The notes: generated by a model from the sequence alone, not told the origin. Positions 42,328 to 55,285 are shown, counted from the whole stretch's first letter. The stretch: DNA of 58,135 nucleotides, filler included, from Streblomastix strix (GCA_008636045.1; 3 parts of 3 records of this genome joined end to end with filler, not necessarily neighbours in it); one strand, 5' to 3'. Numbers and translations are program-made.

Positions 42328-42704
42328 ATATAATAATAATAAAAAAATAATAATAATATCTAAAATGAAATAAAAATTTGATGTTTATTAATGTAAAAGA
42401 AAATAAGCACTTGAATAAAATTAATGTTTGACGTATATAGAATGATTAATGAATATATGATATTGGAATCGATTAATAAATTGATTAATGATGTATGATT
42501 TTTGAACGTATGGCACTCTCCATATTTTCATAATTATATAGGAAAGTTGATGGAGTTTGTTGATGAATTTGAACAAATGGAATTATTAAAATATAATTAT
42601 ATTCGGAAACTTAAAATTTATTGGAGAAATCTATAGTGAAACCATTAATAAATGAACATAAAATATATTGGTAAGTGATGCACCGAGTGCATCGAGTCAT
42701 AATA

Positions 42705-42860
42705 CATCGATGGATTTATCGAAATTGGCACGAGAAAATGGAATAGTTAATCAATAGCTTTTGACAGCACCGAGTGCATCGAGTGCATCGGGTCAGAAAC
42801 TTCTATAAAAAGCTGCGGCTAACTTGACAACTGGCCAATAATTGAGAAAAATAAATATTT
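42705..42860 (+). repeat. Viral dispersed repeat copy R1
   Basis: CACCGAGTGCATCGAGTGCATCGGGTCAGAAACTTCTATAAAAAGCTGCGGCTAACTTGACAACTGGCCAATAATTGAGAAAAATAAA. Confidence 0.92.
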
Positions 42861-42867
42861 GCTTATT

Positions 42868-45252
42868 TCAATCGTTAGCATCTTCATTTGCTTCTTCATT
42901 TGCATCTTCGTTGTTATCTTAGTCTTCTTCTCTAAGTCTATCGAACAATTTTATTAAATCTCCATTCCATTTATATATTCATATTCGTTTTCCTGCAATT
43001 GATTTATATATTCTTTGAGATTTATTTTTTAATTATAACTAGAATGATTTCTCTTTAACATCGAATGGTTCGAATTATAATGCAATAGTGCAAGGCATGC
43101 CTTCTTTAAACGCTTGATAATTTTATATGATTATATTATCAAGCTATAAACATGATGTTCTAATTATATCCTATTTCGCCTTTGTGAATGGAATGATTCT
43201 TTAGTTCCAGCCTTTAATATTTCTGGTCATAAAATAAGTAAATAAATTATTGTAAAATTCAATAGTGAAACCTTTAGATAAAGTTGTGAAATATTCAACA
43301 TCGTCTCTATGAGCTGCTTTATATCTGTATACAACATATCACCTATCGTTTGCTTCTATCTTGATTGAGAAATCATTATTGGTTACCATTATCAAATTCA
43401 TAACATTTTCTGATATTCAATGAGGTTAATTTTTTTCATTTATTCTTATTTAATTATCGGTTATTATTGACTTCAACGCATCCATGTTCGAATATCTTGT
43501 TTCTTCAAAATTTTTAAGTTCATTGGCTATTCCAAGCATTATTTTTTCAACGATTGAATTAAATTAGCCTGTAAATTCGCTTATATCAGTAATATTTTTA
43601 ATTGAATATCCAGCCAATAATTCACATAAAACATCAGTGAATCTTTTTTTGCCTATACCTTGACTGCTTTACAATATCAATGCCTCTTCTGATTTAACAC
43701 AAATATTTTACATAATAAACGCAATCCAATTTAAGATATAATTATATAAATTTTAATCTTCAGCTGCTATTGGTTCATATATTAAATTTAAATAATCATT
43801 AATAAGGTCCTCATTAACCACGGATAATTATTAATATTTATAACCTTAAAATATACTGAAAACGTCTTATTCACCGCTCATAAATTTTATAGCTCTCAGT
43901 GCGAATAAAGGATTATATTTTTCTAGAACAAGTTTTAATGTTATTTTCTTTTATCCATCTTCCCATAATCTTACCATTTACAACTAATCATAAGCAGCTG
44001 TTTTATTCATGAATTAAATTTTATTCTTTTTATTTCCTGCATCATATTATTTATCTATGGATAATTAACCTCCATCGCATGGAGCAGTTCGTAATATTCT
44101 GGGTAAGTTCTGAGCTATTAGTTCATATTCATTATAATTATAGATGCTATTTTATAACTTTTTTTACATGTTGAACAATGTGAAACTATCTTTTAAATTA
44201 ACTTTTTATACTTCAATTTAATTTTTACATCTTTTTTCATTAACTAACATAGGCATTACATATTCTTAATAATATTTTGCATTATATTTTTTAATTATTT
44301 TTTATAAAACGAATGGATGTGATTATTTTTATTCATATCTTTTTTAGCTACATCGAATTATTATTTTTCTCTCTCTGTTAAATTATTATTATTATTTATA
44401 TTTTCATATGTTTCTTTAATGTATTGATTATCAATTCCTTCAACGTTAATTATACTATTAATTGCTACAAATAATGGAGATAAAGTTATTTCTTCATTTA
44501 AATTATGACCTTATGAATCGTTATATATTTCAAGACCATTAATTCCTTTACATAACATAATCACGAAATATTTTTCATATCGATTAATCCTGTTTGTTGT
44601 AGCAGTGGTTTGTCTTACTCATTATGTTATTCTTTTTAATTTCGCATAATCTATTAATTAACATCTAAATCTATTCCAAATTTGTTCAAATTTGTCCTAA
44701 ATCACATAAATTTATTTTATCTAAATAATCATTTATATCTTCAAATTTATATATAACTTTAATTTCCCCAACTTATTTATTCAAATCTTCCATTTGTTTT
44801 GTTGCTTTAACTCTATTGCGTGTTTTCAACCCACATTACATAATCCGCCGTTACTTATCATCCACACATGCAAATATATCCATATTAAAACTATCACTTT
44901 TATAAACTTATATATTTGATGTTCTCTATAATTCATATCCATTGATATCGCAATAAATGTGAAGTCCTCCATGTACTGTTCTGATTAATCCCACATTTTA
45001 AGGCATTTTTTCTACTATATATTCTCGAATTTATTTTTAAATTAACTTATCTTAATTTTTGTTTATATCAGTATCAACAATAGCAAGATTTTAACATTTT
45101 GATATATAGATTGCTCTACCTGAATATGATTTACCTATCTTGCCAATGATTAGAAATTTATTATAATCATAAGTGTTCACATATGAGTTTTAGATACGTT
45201 CTTGAATTGTTAATGATTGGCTGGTTTGAGCTTGATTGTCTTTTGACTCCAT
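42868..45252 (-). pseudogene. Primase (prim-pol/AEP-like) fused to D5-like SF3 helicase
   Basis: N-terminal LAIVDTD (DxD) and RTVHGGLHIY (GxH). C-terminal Walker A LQSSQGIGKK, GQFNS, IANEL (Walker B), LKSIITDNQIRINEK and IMVTNN..IEANDR*Y. In-frame TGA at 43339 and 43417, plus frameshifts. Confidence 0.88.
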
Positions 45253-45351
45253 TTATATATAGTTAAATAGTTGAATTAATTAAAAACAAACTCATATATT
45301 TTTAAAATAAGATTAAAAATTTTTAAAATTGATTTTTTTTCTTATATACGT

Positions 45352-45480
45352 TTTATTTTTCTCAATTATTGGCCAGTTGGCCAGTTTGTCACAATTTTTA
45401 TAGAAATTTTTGACTAGGTGAACTCGATGCACTCTGTGCAGTTAAAAGTCATTCATTAACCACATCAATTATCCGTGTTA
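45352..45480 (-). repeat. Viral dispersed repeat copy R2 (inverted partner of R1)
   Basis: Reverse complement reads GCACAGAGTGCATCGAGTTCACCTAGTCAAAAATTTCTATAAAAATTGTGACAAACTGGCCAACTGGCCAATAATTGAGAAAAATAAAA. Confidence 0.92.
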
Positions 45481-45858
45481 AAATCATATATTTTTATATT
45501 GCAAAATTCGGATATATGAACAGTTCAAGATTCCGATTTAAACGTCATTTTTGAATTCTACATATCAACATTGTAAATAAACATCATTCTCAAAGTTAAA
45601 TGGAAACATTAATTTTTTGGCATATTTTTCTGGCTTAAATTTTTTACAGTCATTATATATTGTAATTAAAAAAATTAAAAAATTAAAAAATAACTTTATT
45701 TTTATGAAATTTTAAATTCATTTGATAATCAACTATATACACAATTTATATGTGCTGATTCCGAATATGACCATTTTAGTTCAATTTTAAACCGTTGATT
45801 AGGCTCAATTAATAGCTTTATTTTACTCAAATAATTAATTATTTTTAACATAATTAAA

Positions 45859-46407
45859 ATGAAAAGTCCAACTATTCAAGAAGTGGAACCATAATTTGAA
45901 AAGGAAATTGACCTATTTCAGCTACCACTCCAGCAACATATTATAAGATGTGAATCGACAACCTTGTCAGCTAGGCGAAGAAGTTCAATATTTGAAGAAA
46001 CTTTAACTCCAGACCCTTCAGTTTGTTGTTGGCTTTTAGATATCATTAGTGAAGACGTGCAAATGGTTAAAGAATCAGTGTATTTCGTATTATCTGAAAA
46101 TTAATTGATTCTGGTTGTTGCTTACACTTTTGACGTCCCTGGAAGTTAAATTTAATTGAGTATAGAGAATGAAAGATGTTGTGGTAGGTTCTGCAGCGAT
46201 TCGATTTAAACATTAAATGAGATATTAATTGGGAACGTAAATATATTAAAGCTCGACGTCGAAATAGTAAATTTATTAAGGGATAGCTATAAAATATGCT
46301 TATAAAAAATAAGAAAAATAAGAAGTATTTTAGATTCAGGATAAATAATAAGCAAAATTATTAGTGCAGTATCAAAAGGATTAATGACTGTGTTAAATAA
46401 AATTTGA
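45859..46407 (+). CDS. Hypothetical viral protein (182 aa) with internal Cys-Cys motifs
   Basis: Uninterrupted frame MKSPTIQEVEPQFEKEIDLFQ...ENERCCGRFCSD...KGLMTVLNKI*. Confidence 0.65.
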
Positions 46408-46477
46408 TGCTTGCCGCAGCCTTCTTACGCAGTAGGCGGAGTTTTACGTCATAATAAATTATTTTTATTTTTATAAA

Positions 46478-49091
46478 ATGAACGGAGATTTACATATGGT
46501 TGATGTTGTTTTAAATCGTGATTAAGTGCTTTATGGTTCAAGTAGATATAACACCATTGGCTTAATTAATGAGGTTAAAAACATTGAAAATTTAATAAAT
46601 ATGACTAATGAAGCGCCTGAACCTTATAATCGTGAAGATATTGATGAAACGTTAGATAAAAAATTAAATATTATCGATTAAATCGATGCATATTCGGAGA
46701 CTGAAGCCGATGCCCAGTTGCTGTTAAAGGCAGATAAAACAGAGCTAATTGATGCATATTCGAAGACTGAAGCCGATGCCCTACTCGAAAGCAAATCAAA
46801 TATAATAGATTATATCGATATATATTCGAAGACTGAAGCCGATGCCCTACTCGATGATAAATTAAATATATCTGATTAAATTAATGCTTCCGCTAAATAA
46901 GAGGATAACGCTTTGCTATTGTTTAAGGCTTATAAAACATAGCTAATTGATGCATATTCGAAGACTGAAACTGATGCTTTACTTGACGACAAATTAAATA
47001 TTTCTGACTAAATTGATACTTATACTAAAAAAGAAGATGATATTCTGCTGTTGTTGAAGGCTGATAAAACAGAGTTAGCGGATTACGTTAATTTAGGCAC
47101 TGTTCAAACAATAACAGGTCAAAAATAATTCGGAATAATAAATGTTTCAAGCATATCGAAATAAAATAAAAATGATGCTTCTATTCTTCTTGCAAGAGGT
47201 GGCGATATGATAGTAAGTTCATTAGTATCATAGCCGTAATTATAAGAAGTGCGAGATATTGCTTCATGTAAATCAAAAGGATATGTTTTTTGACAACTTA
47301 TGAGATGAATACTTGGATGGAAGAATAGGAAAACGTTGCAAAATTAGCAATTGGTGATAATTTTTATATAATTGATAAGTAAGTCATGGATTATTGGTAG
47401 GATGGCACTGGTCTTCGAGCACAAGAAATAGAACTGCAAGATATGAGCAACGTCATGACCATTTTTGGAGCTGTTACAGGGGAAGCAATGCTATAACAAA
47501 TTTATCATTTGATGGAAATTCATTAATATCTGCGAAAAATAGTTCATTTATTACAACTAATTATGATGAAACTATTTTAGGTTAAAAGACTTTTAACACA
47601 ACTATCCACTCAATCGGAATAATGGTTCAAAATTACGATAACTATTCTGTTGTTTGTGCTGGAGGTGGTGTTAAGGCAATATTGGATATAAATCCAAGCG
47701 TTGATTTTTCAAATTATTATAGTAAATCATAAACATATTCATAAACTGAAACAGATTAAAAATTAATTCTAAAATTAAATATTTCTGATTAAATCGATGC
47801 TTATACTAAGACATAAGATGATGCGTTGCTGCTATTGAAAGCTGATAAAACATAACCAATTGATGCATATTCGAAGAATGAGGCCGAAGCCCTACTCGAC
47901 GACAAATTAAACGTTAGCGATTAAATTGATGCATATACTAAATGAGAAGATGATGCTCTGCTGTTATTGAAGGCAGACAAAACATAATTGGTTGATGTAT
48001 ACACTAAAGGAGAAGCTTATAATCTGCTCAATATTAAAGCTAATTCAGGAATATCATACACAAAAGGAGAAGATGATGCGTTGTTGTTGTTGAAGGCAAA
48101 TCAATCAACAACTTTTACCAAAACTGAAATTGATTACTTGATATCTTAAATTGAAGTTGGTGATGTTGATTTAAGTGGTTATATGACCTTAGTCACTTCA
48201 TAGACAATAACAGCAAACAAGACAATCAATAATGCTTGTAGATTCGTAAGTTCTATCGATGGAACGGCAATAATTACAGGCGCATTGTTTGATAAATCTG
48301 GCGCTGACGATACTGTTATATTACTTGGAGTTGGTGGTACTAAGCAAATTTCTGAATTTGCGGGTACTCCAACTTATTTATCGGACTATTACACAAAAAT
48401 ATAAACATATTCGAAAACAGAAACGGATAATAAATATGTAAGATTGGAAGATTCAATTAAATAAACAATAACAGGAAGATTAAAATATGTTTGTCCATTT
48501 GGTTAGACATACGATGAAATATAACACCCAGTTGTTAATACTTATTTGACTATGTCAGAAGTAGATTCGAAGCTATCAAATTATATTAATGCCACTAATA
48601 ACTAATCAATAAATGGCACAAAGACATTCAACGCTAATGTTAATGCTACTGGATTTGTTAAAACAGGTAAGCATGATACATCCGTTTTATTGGCATGTGG
48701 AAGTGATGCGTTGATATCATCATTTGGTGGATTAACATTAGAATATATTACGTTTACGAGTAATGTTGTCCCTCCAGTATCAATAACATTTTTCTATTGT
48801 TATCGTGTAAGACCATTGGTTATATTATAAACATAAATATATATGACAAGCGGAACAGGTAATGATGCTGCATCAATTCATGTTGCTACTCTTGCAAGTA
48901 CTGGATATCCGAAAAATTAATTTTATTATTTTAGCACAATGACCAGCAGTCCAGGCATTCAAAACGCATGATGGACTGTATCAACTAGCGGAGTCATTAC
49001 AATATCAATAATATCGCCAGAATCAGTAAATCCAGGCTTATATGCTTCTGTATCTTCTTATATTAATGTTATATTTCCAGCTAAGAATTGA
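46478..49091 (+). pseudogene. Fibre/tail-fibre-like repeat protein
   Basis: Many IDAY(S/T)KxE(A/D)DALL..K(AD/LN) repeats interleaved with QTITGQKQF, ETILGQKTF, QTITANKTI and QSINGTKTF repeats, then a C-terminal beta-rich head. Frameshift at ~47290 and TGA at ~47943. Confidence 0.7.
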
Positions 49092-49189
49092 AAACAATAA
49101 TCCTTTCAATTAAACTTCGTGTTAATGCTGCCTCTGGTTATAATTGTTTGAAATTGTTTGGATTATTTATTTATTTTTATTGAATATAA

Positions 49190-50845
49190 ATGTCGAACGT
49201 TTATATCTATGAAAGATTATTAGGCGCTGCTGGTATATCTGACTTCGCAGAGTTATACGCATATATAAAAGAACGTAATCCTAAGCCACTCGATCAATTA
49301 CAGCAACTAATTCCAATTGGGGATCAAACTCTGCAACAGCAGGTGAAAAACAATGATGATATTATCTATGGTTCAGGCTCAAATGAGGAGTTCGAGCCAC
49401 CAGTGCTGAATGCAATAACGAATTTGGATTTGAGTTCGCAATTTGAGCGATAAAGTTTCTTAGCATCCAGTGGTTCAGATCCATAATTAATCATATATGG
49501 CGGTAGAATCACATTGACAGCGTCATATGCAACAACAGGTGTATTTCCGAACGATTATTTATTTAAAAGTTATCCCCAGAAAGCGAGACCAAAACAAGGT
49601 GATTAAGTGATTGCATTGGTTGGAACCGATGCATCTAATACATATAATATATTTTGTTATATTGATTAAAACGGGTCATATATAATAATCTCCAGTTAAT
49701 TACCATCAAATACTGCTCTCGTGCTTAACATTAAATATTAAAAAAATTTTGAATCATCAAAGTAAATAAATTATGTTAATAATAAAGATGGAAAAATAGA
49801 CATTATGGACACGTGGAATGTAAATGGTAAAGGCAATTTTGAAGAATAATCGTATGTTTATGAAACAGTTAAAAAATAAACTGATTTAATTGAGGCAGGA
49901 GTTTAAGGGCTAAATAGAACTAATTATTTGAATAATGAAATTAAATCATTGGATGAATTAGCGATATATAAAGCAGATAGGGCAGCATATTTTATTAAAG
50001 ATGGATCATTTATCATTTATAGTTTTGGAGAAATATTGGCTCAATTAGGAGCTAATTTTGAAGCTTAATAAACCGTATATAAATTATTCTCGACAATCAG
50101 TAAAAAATTACTACCACCATATACGATATATATGCCTATTCATGTAGAACAGCAGAAATTTTCTGCTATGTATCTGTTCAATGATATTTATGATAAATCA
50201 TCTGCGATATTGGTCGCCATTAGTGGATAATTAATTATGTTTGATTGCGAATTTCAAGGAACTTATATTCTTGATAACTATATGAATAGCACAAACGCCA
50301 ACGAATCAACACATGAAGATATAGAATCTTGCATCGACGAAGTAATAATAAAACATGAAAAATAATTAGGTTCATCACCGCAACCACAATATAAGATAAC
50401 AAATTTCTATAATCAACTTATGATAAATGTTTTTTTTCTTTCATCAGCATATAATACATTCTATATCGTTGATGATGGCATTTGTAGAGTATGCGTAATC
50501 AACCTAAATTTAGAATAAAAACGTTTGGATGGGAGAACATAAGAAGTTGGTCGTATTCCTGATTCAATTTTATTTGTTCATGGTAAAAGTTTGGGCTTCC
50601 CTGCGGCTGTATATAGAACATAGGGCGGAAGATAGAATAATTTTACTGTGAATTATTTTATTGTAAATGCATAATTTAAAAATGTTATACTTTTAATTAT
50701 AAGAACCATAAGAGTCAATTCCATAAGATTCGGCTGATGCTTATAAATATTGAGCTAGTGGAATGTATTATTTATGAAAAACAGCGCCAGCAACATCAAC
50801 GAAAAGCATTGAATAGGAGCGATAATTTGATTTAGTTAGTAAATG
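49190..50845 (+). CDS. Hypothetical viral protein with repeated beta-rich domains (receptor-binding/fibre-head-like); 3' end disrupted
   Basis: Open from MSNVYIYERLL to TGA 50735-50737, then continuing after a frameshift with further stops to 50845. Segments include YPQKARPKQG, KLLPPYTIYMP and VGRIPDSIL. Confidence 0.6.
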
Positions 50846-50950
50846 ACTTTTAGGTGTTCCGAGTGTTCCAAGTGCTCAGAGTCAAAAACTTTTATAAAAA
50901 GCTGTGAACAACTTGGCAAATGGCCATAAATTGAGAAAACATTAATAAAA
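50800..50950 (+). repeat. Viral dispersed repeat copy R3
   Basis: ATGACTTTTAGGTGTTCCGAGTGTTCCAAGTGCTCAGAGTCAAAAACTTTTATAAAAAGCTGTGAACAACTTGGCAAATGGCCATAAATTGAGAAAACATTAA. Confidence 0.92.
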
Positions 50951-51012
50951 AAATCATTTATTTAAATCCAAAATATGATATATAAAATTTTATTATGATT
51001 ATAAATAAACTT

Positions 51013-51327
51013 ATGACTGTAGACATATTCTCAAAAATAAAGCAATTAGTTTAAAAAGTAGGGAAGGGTCTTTAATGGGTAAATAATAACTTTTATATCC
51101 CGTTTATAAAACCATTTGCTGAACCGATACTTGGAGCACTGAGAACTGTCGGCTAAACAAAAGGTAAAAGGTTAGATGTTGCGAGTTCATTTCTTGATTA
51201 TCGTTATGGTGCGGATAAAAATAATTAATTTAGATAAGATTTTGTAACATTGAGAATTGATAAATATTTAAGATAAAAATTACCCATTGATATATAGAGT
51301 CGAAGAATATAATTATAGAACCAATGA
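51013..51327 (+). CDS. Small basic protein with an N-terminal amphipathic helix (candidate membrane-lytic, adenovirus pVI-like)
   Basis: MTVDIFSKIKQLVQKVGKGLQWVNNNFYIPFIKPFAEPILGAL..., located just upstream of the capsid gene. Function is inferred only. Confidence 0.5.
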
Positions 51328-51396
51328 TATATAAAAAATTATGTTCAATTCATTAGGTCGGTCTTCCAAACTCCGCATACGGCTGTTTAAGAATAT

Positions 51397-51560
51397 TTAT
51401 TTTTTAATGTTTTCTCAATTATTGGCCAGTTGTCCAGTTGGGCACATCTTTTTATAAAAGTTTTTGACTCGGATCACTCGGAACACTCGGAACAATCGGA
51501 ACACCTAAAAGTCATTCATAATTCAATCTAAATTATAGTGTCAAAATAATGCTTTTTTAT
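51397..51560 (-). repeat. Viral dispersed repeat copy R4 (inverted partner of R3)
   Basis: Plus strand reads TTAATGTTTTCTCAATTATTGGCCAGTTGTCCAGTTGGGCACATCTTTTTATAAAAGTTTTTGACTCGGATCACTCGGAACACTCGGAACAATCGGAACACCTAAAAGTCAT. Confidence 0.92.
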
Positions 51561-51632
51561 CAATGATTTTTCTAATTATCAACGTTTTTATATTTCACTA
51601 AGTAATTATTTAACTATTTCATTTTTTATTGA

Positions 51633-53353
51633 ATGTAAAAGATGAAAAGATTTCTAATGAAAACCACACATTTACAACAAGCAGGGCCCATTGAAGAAAT
51701 AATGTAAGGTAATGCCGTTGTTCCATTTGCCAATGATGAAGAATATCATTATTCAATCAAGGAAATCATACCAGAATCTTAAATGCCAGCGTTGATTGAA
51801 AAGGAGAATATCATTAGTTTATCAGATACCGACCACGACATCACATAGATATAAAATTCGTATATGTCTGTAGTGCTAACGGCAAATATCTAATTTGATG
51901 AAAAATTTGATAAAATTGATGAATCATATAAAGATGAATTGGTTCTATTTGTAGGACTCAAATCAGGTTCAAATCTTATTCGCGAATATACCATCTAACA
52001 TAAAGGTAAAACTATTGATTGAAGTCTATAGATTGAAGCAACAACTGAATCATTCATTTATAACGCAATCTAGCCAAAAAGTGAGAAAAATAATAAAATG
52101 CATAATTATTCTTTATACGAGAATATTCATAATTTTGATACGTCAGCGCGTGGAACATATATAAGTATGCGAGAGATTGAAGAGCTAATAGGAAATCAGA
52201 CAGCGATTCCATATACAATTACAATAAACTTCAGAGTCAGCATTCCACTTGATGACCTCTTGATATTCTCTGCATTCACTGATTATCCTAATGGCCTATT
52301 TGGTGATTTAAAAATAAAATTCAAAATTAGTCCTCATGCATTCGTGTTCTATTAAGTGAATCTAATTATTTCAGTGGCTAAATATTTTACAATGAATAAA
52401 GATGAGTTATTGGGTAATAGTCAGTAAATGTTAATGGATATTGATTTTATGTTCAGAAATTGGAGTCTGACATTCTAATACACCAAATAATTTACATAAT
52501 TAGGATGCACTGCTGATTTGATTACAGGACTACATGCGGAGCCATTAACTGAATCAGGACTGAAAAATTTAATATGTGACATCAAACCCGTTACCATAAG
52601 CATTAAAATTATGTCATTACAAAGGTGACCGCTAACATGGCAGGTTATAAAGCTACTGATGCATGCCTTAATCGAGTCCGTTAATTCAATTGCTAACGTA
52701 CATTTGTTGTTCCCACTCAGCAAGTGGAAATATGTCCATTTCCAACGAATGCTACATTAATGGGAATACAAACATCTTAAAATATTCCTTTGTCTCATGT
52801 AACCGACTTCTGTCTGCTATTTCCGAAAGATGCAAGAGCTACGACTTGCTTTGAAAATTTTTGTTATCAGTTTATGCAAATAACTACCAGCGGACATAAT
52901 TTCCTAGATATGCTTATGAATACGCTTGACTAGTAATTCTTCTAATTATAACTCAATGCGTCAAATATTGATCTACTGTTCGACGCTACAAATGAGTGCG
53001 AAGATGCATTAACAGCACTAAGAAATATACCAACTCGAAGACAGAATCCTCTAACCGATTTAGTAAGCATTTTGATAAATCTGTAGTGTGAAAGAAATAG
53101 TAATGGAGCACTAACTTTTGACGGACTGGACACTCAGAACTAATATACTTCTGTCGAACTCAGAGCAGCGCCGATATGTCAAGGGGCAACAAATTCATAC
53201 TACAATGTAGATATCAGTGGAAAGAGAGCACCATTTGCGATTTTATGTACAGTACATGATACGTTTTGGTTATTCTCACCCGCTGCAGGTTGTAGCTGCA
53301 TATATGATACTAATCATACATTTGATGAAGTTATTGGACCATTAAGTGCTTGA
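51633..53353 (+). pseudogene. Putative major capsid protein (double jelly-roll, Polinton/Maverick-like)
   Basis: ~570-codon beta-rich frame: LFVGLKSGSNLIREYTI, HNYSLYENIHNFDTSARGTYIS, SIPLDDLLIFSAFTDYPNGLFGDLKIKF, NIPLSHVTDFCLLFPK, CERNSNGALTFDGLD. It resembles my recollection of metamonad Maverick capsids and has the right size and context. TGA at ~52020, frameshift at ~52600. Confidence 0.72.
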
Positions 53354-53495
53354 AATAATTGAACCGTTATTTGATAACATTTTTATTTTTTTATCTATAT
53401 ATATATATAACTAACACCTAAAAATTAATAATATGGTTAATTAAATAGGTCATTAGTTATATGTCCATTAAATATTTTCATTTATTTCTTAATAA

Positions 53496-54000
53496 ATGGT
53501 TTCAAATATGACATCAGCATAAAACTTAAAATTTTACACTTTGACATAAAGCGAATGAGTTTTTATCGGAGAAAACGGATAAAATGGAGTTGGTTTTGCA
53601 TTACCATATGCGTTTGCAAATTCTGATAATTAAAGAAAAATAATATTCTGCTAATGTTATTGTTCAAACTTAGGCACTAACGAGAACATAAGCGTGCATA
53701 GTTCGATGGTTAAAGAGGTGTAATATTTCGATTAATTTGTTGGCTATTGTAATGAATAATGAGTTTATAAGCATTTCATCTAATACAACCACAACAGATA
53801 TTTATATGTTTGGTTCCGTTAAAATTAAGAATTATTGGAAATAAATTAATAATTAAAATTTGTTCTTGAGTTGATGCTGGAATACTGAAATAGTTGCTGG
53901 CTCAAAAATGAGCTAGCACATTAATACGTTAATTTTTGTTCATATCTTCGAGCCATTTCATCGGCTGAATTTCAGCCAACCAAAATTAATCGATTTATTT
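53496..54000 (+). pseudogene. Disrupted hypothetical viral gene downstream of the capsid (possible minor capsid)
   Basis: MVSNMTSAQNLKFYTLTQSE*VFIGENGQNGVGFALPYAFANSDN..., with broken frames. The assignment rests only on position and beta-rich composition. Confidence 0.3.
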
Positions 54001-54033
54001 ATATTTAAATTTAACTTTTTATCATAATATAAA

Positions 54034-54895
54034 ATGGAGTTATAGGTCAGCATTGAAGGCAAAGAAGAATTTATCAAAACATCATATAATGGAATTGAAA
54101 TTATTGCTAGGAAATCAGATGGGTACATTAACGCTTCAAAAATAGTAAGGAATCTAAAAAGAAATGAGCATATTAAAATAAATGAATTATTTAAAACTAA
54201 AGGAAGGCAATTATATTATAAAAATTTTGTTTAATTATAGCAAAATAATCAAGGGGCGATTTTTCGCCTCTAGACTTTTATGGAGTTAAATTTGAAATAT
54301 TCAACAGATTTCAGAGGATATAATGTTCATCCAAAATTAATTAATTATATTGCAATCTGGGCGTCCCCAAAATATTCTTCACCAATAGGAGAAATAATGG
54401 ATGTAATTAATGAACGTATATAAGTTGCATACAAAGAAAAATATTAATAAGATGATTAGACATCCATGGCTGATATTGTAAACGAATAAGTTTAATTAGT
54501 TATAGAAGAATAAAAAATAGTAATAAATTAAAAAGATGAAGAAATAAAACAATTGAAACCAAGAACAGTTCCACAGGGCAAAGAAACAGCTTACGTATTA
54601 GCCGTTTATTATATAGAAGTTGATGATAAAAATAATACAATTTTAAAGGTTCGAAGAAGAAATAAGAAATGGATTAGTCGAAAATTGATGCAGGAATTAA
54701 AAGATGTATTTGTTATACTACGACTAAGAATGTATTTCTATGACTAAAAATGAAGCCCTCAAAGAATATTTAAATAAAAATATGGAAGGTATTTAATTTA
54801 AAGGAACCAAATATATATTTAATGAAGATTTAACTGATGATGTTATAAAAAAAATTAAAGAAAATATTAATAAATAACTTGAATAATAAATTTGA
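54034..54895 (+). CDS. KilA-N domain protein (late frameshift)
   Basis: YNGIEIIARKSDGYINASKI...FRGYNVHPKLINYIAIWASPKY are classic KilA-N motifs, followed by a coiled coil. Confidence 0.88.
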
Positions 54896-55285
54896 ACGAT
54901 AATTTAATTTATTTTCGCAGAAATTAAATGGAAAGAATATTGTTCGACAACAGAAAAAAACAATTAATTTATTTCGAAATTATAAATAGAAACAGATGAA
55001 TAGGAAGAAATACCACTCTAGGATGGGATCGAAGGTTAGATTTACGGACATAAATATTTTGAGAACTTAAACGATTTCAAATAATTTATTTCCTAAAATC
55101 AATATTAATTATCTAAACTATCAAAGTAAAAATTAAAAAAATTATATAAATTGGATGGCCATAAGTTATCAAAAATGGAAGGTCAAGTATGTATAAGAAC
55201 TTGTGAAAAAGATTAATTTGTGTAGTATTAAGTTTAAATTAGACTAGTTTTTGGATGTTCTGAACCATTTGGTTTAAGCGCTGAA

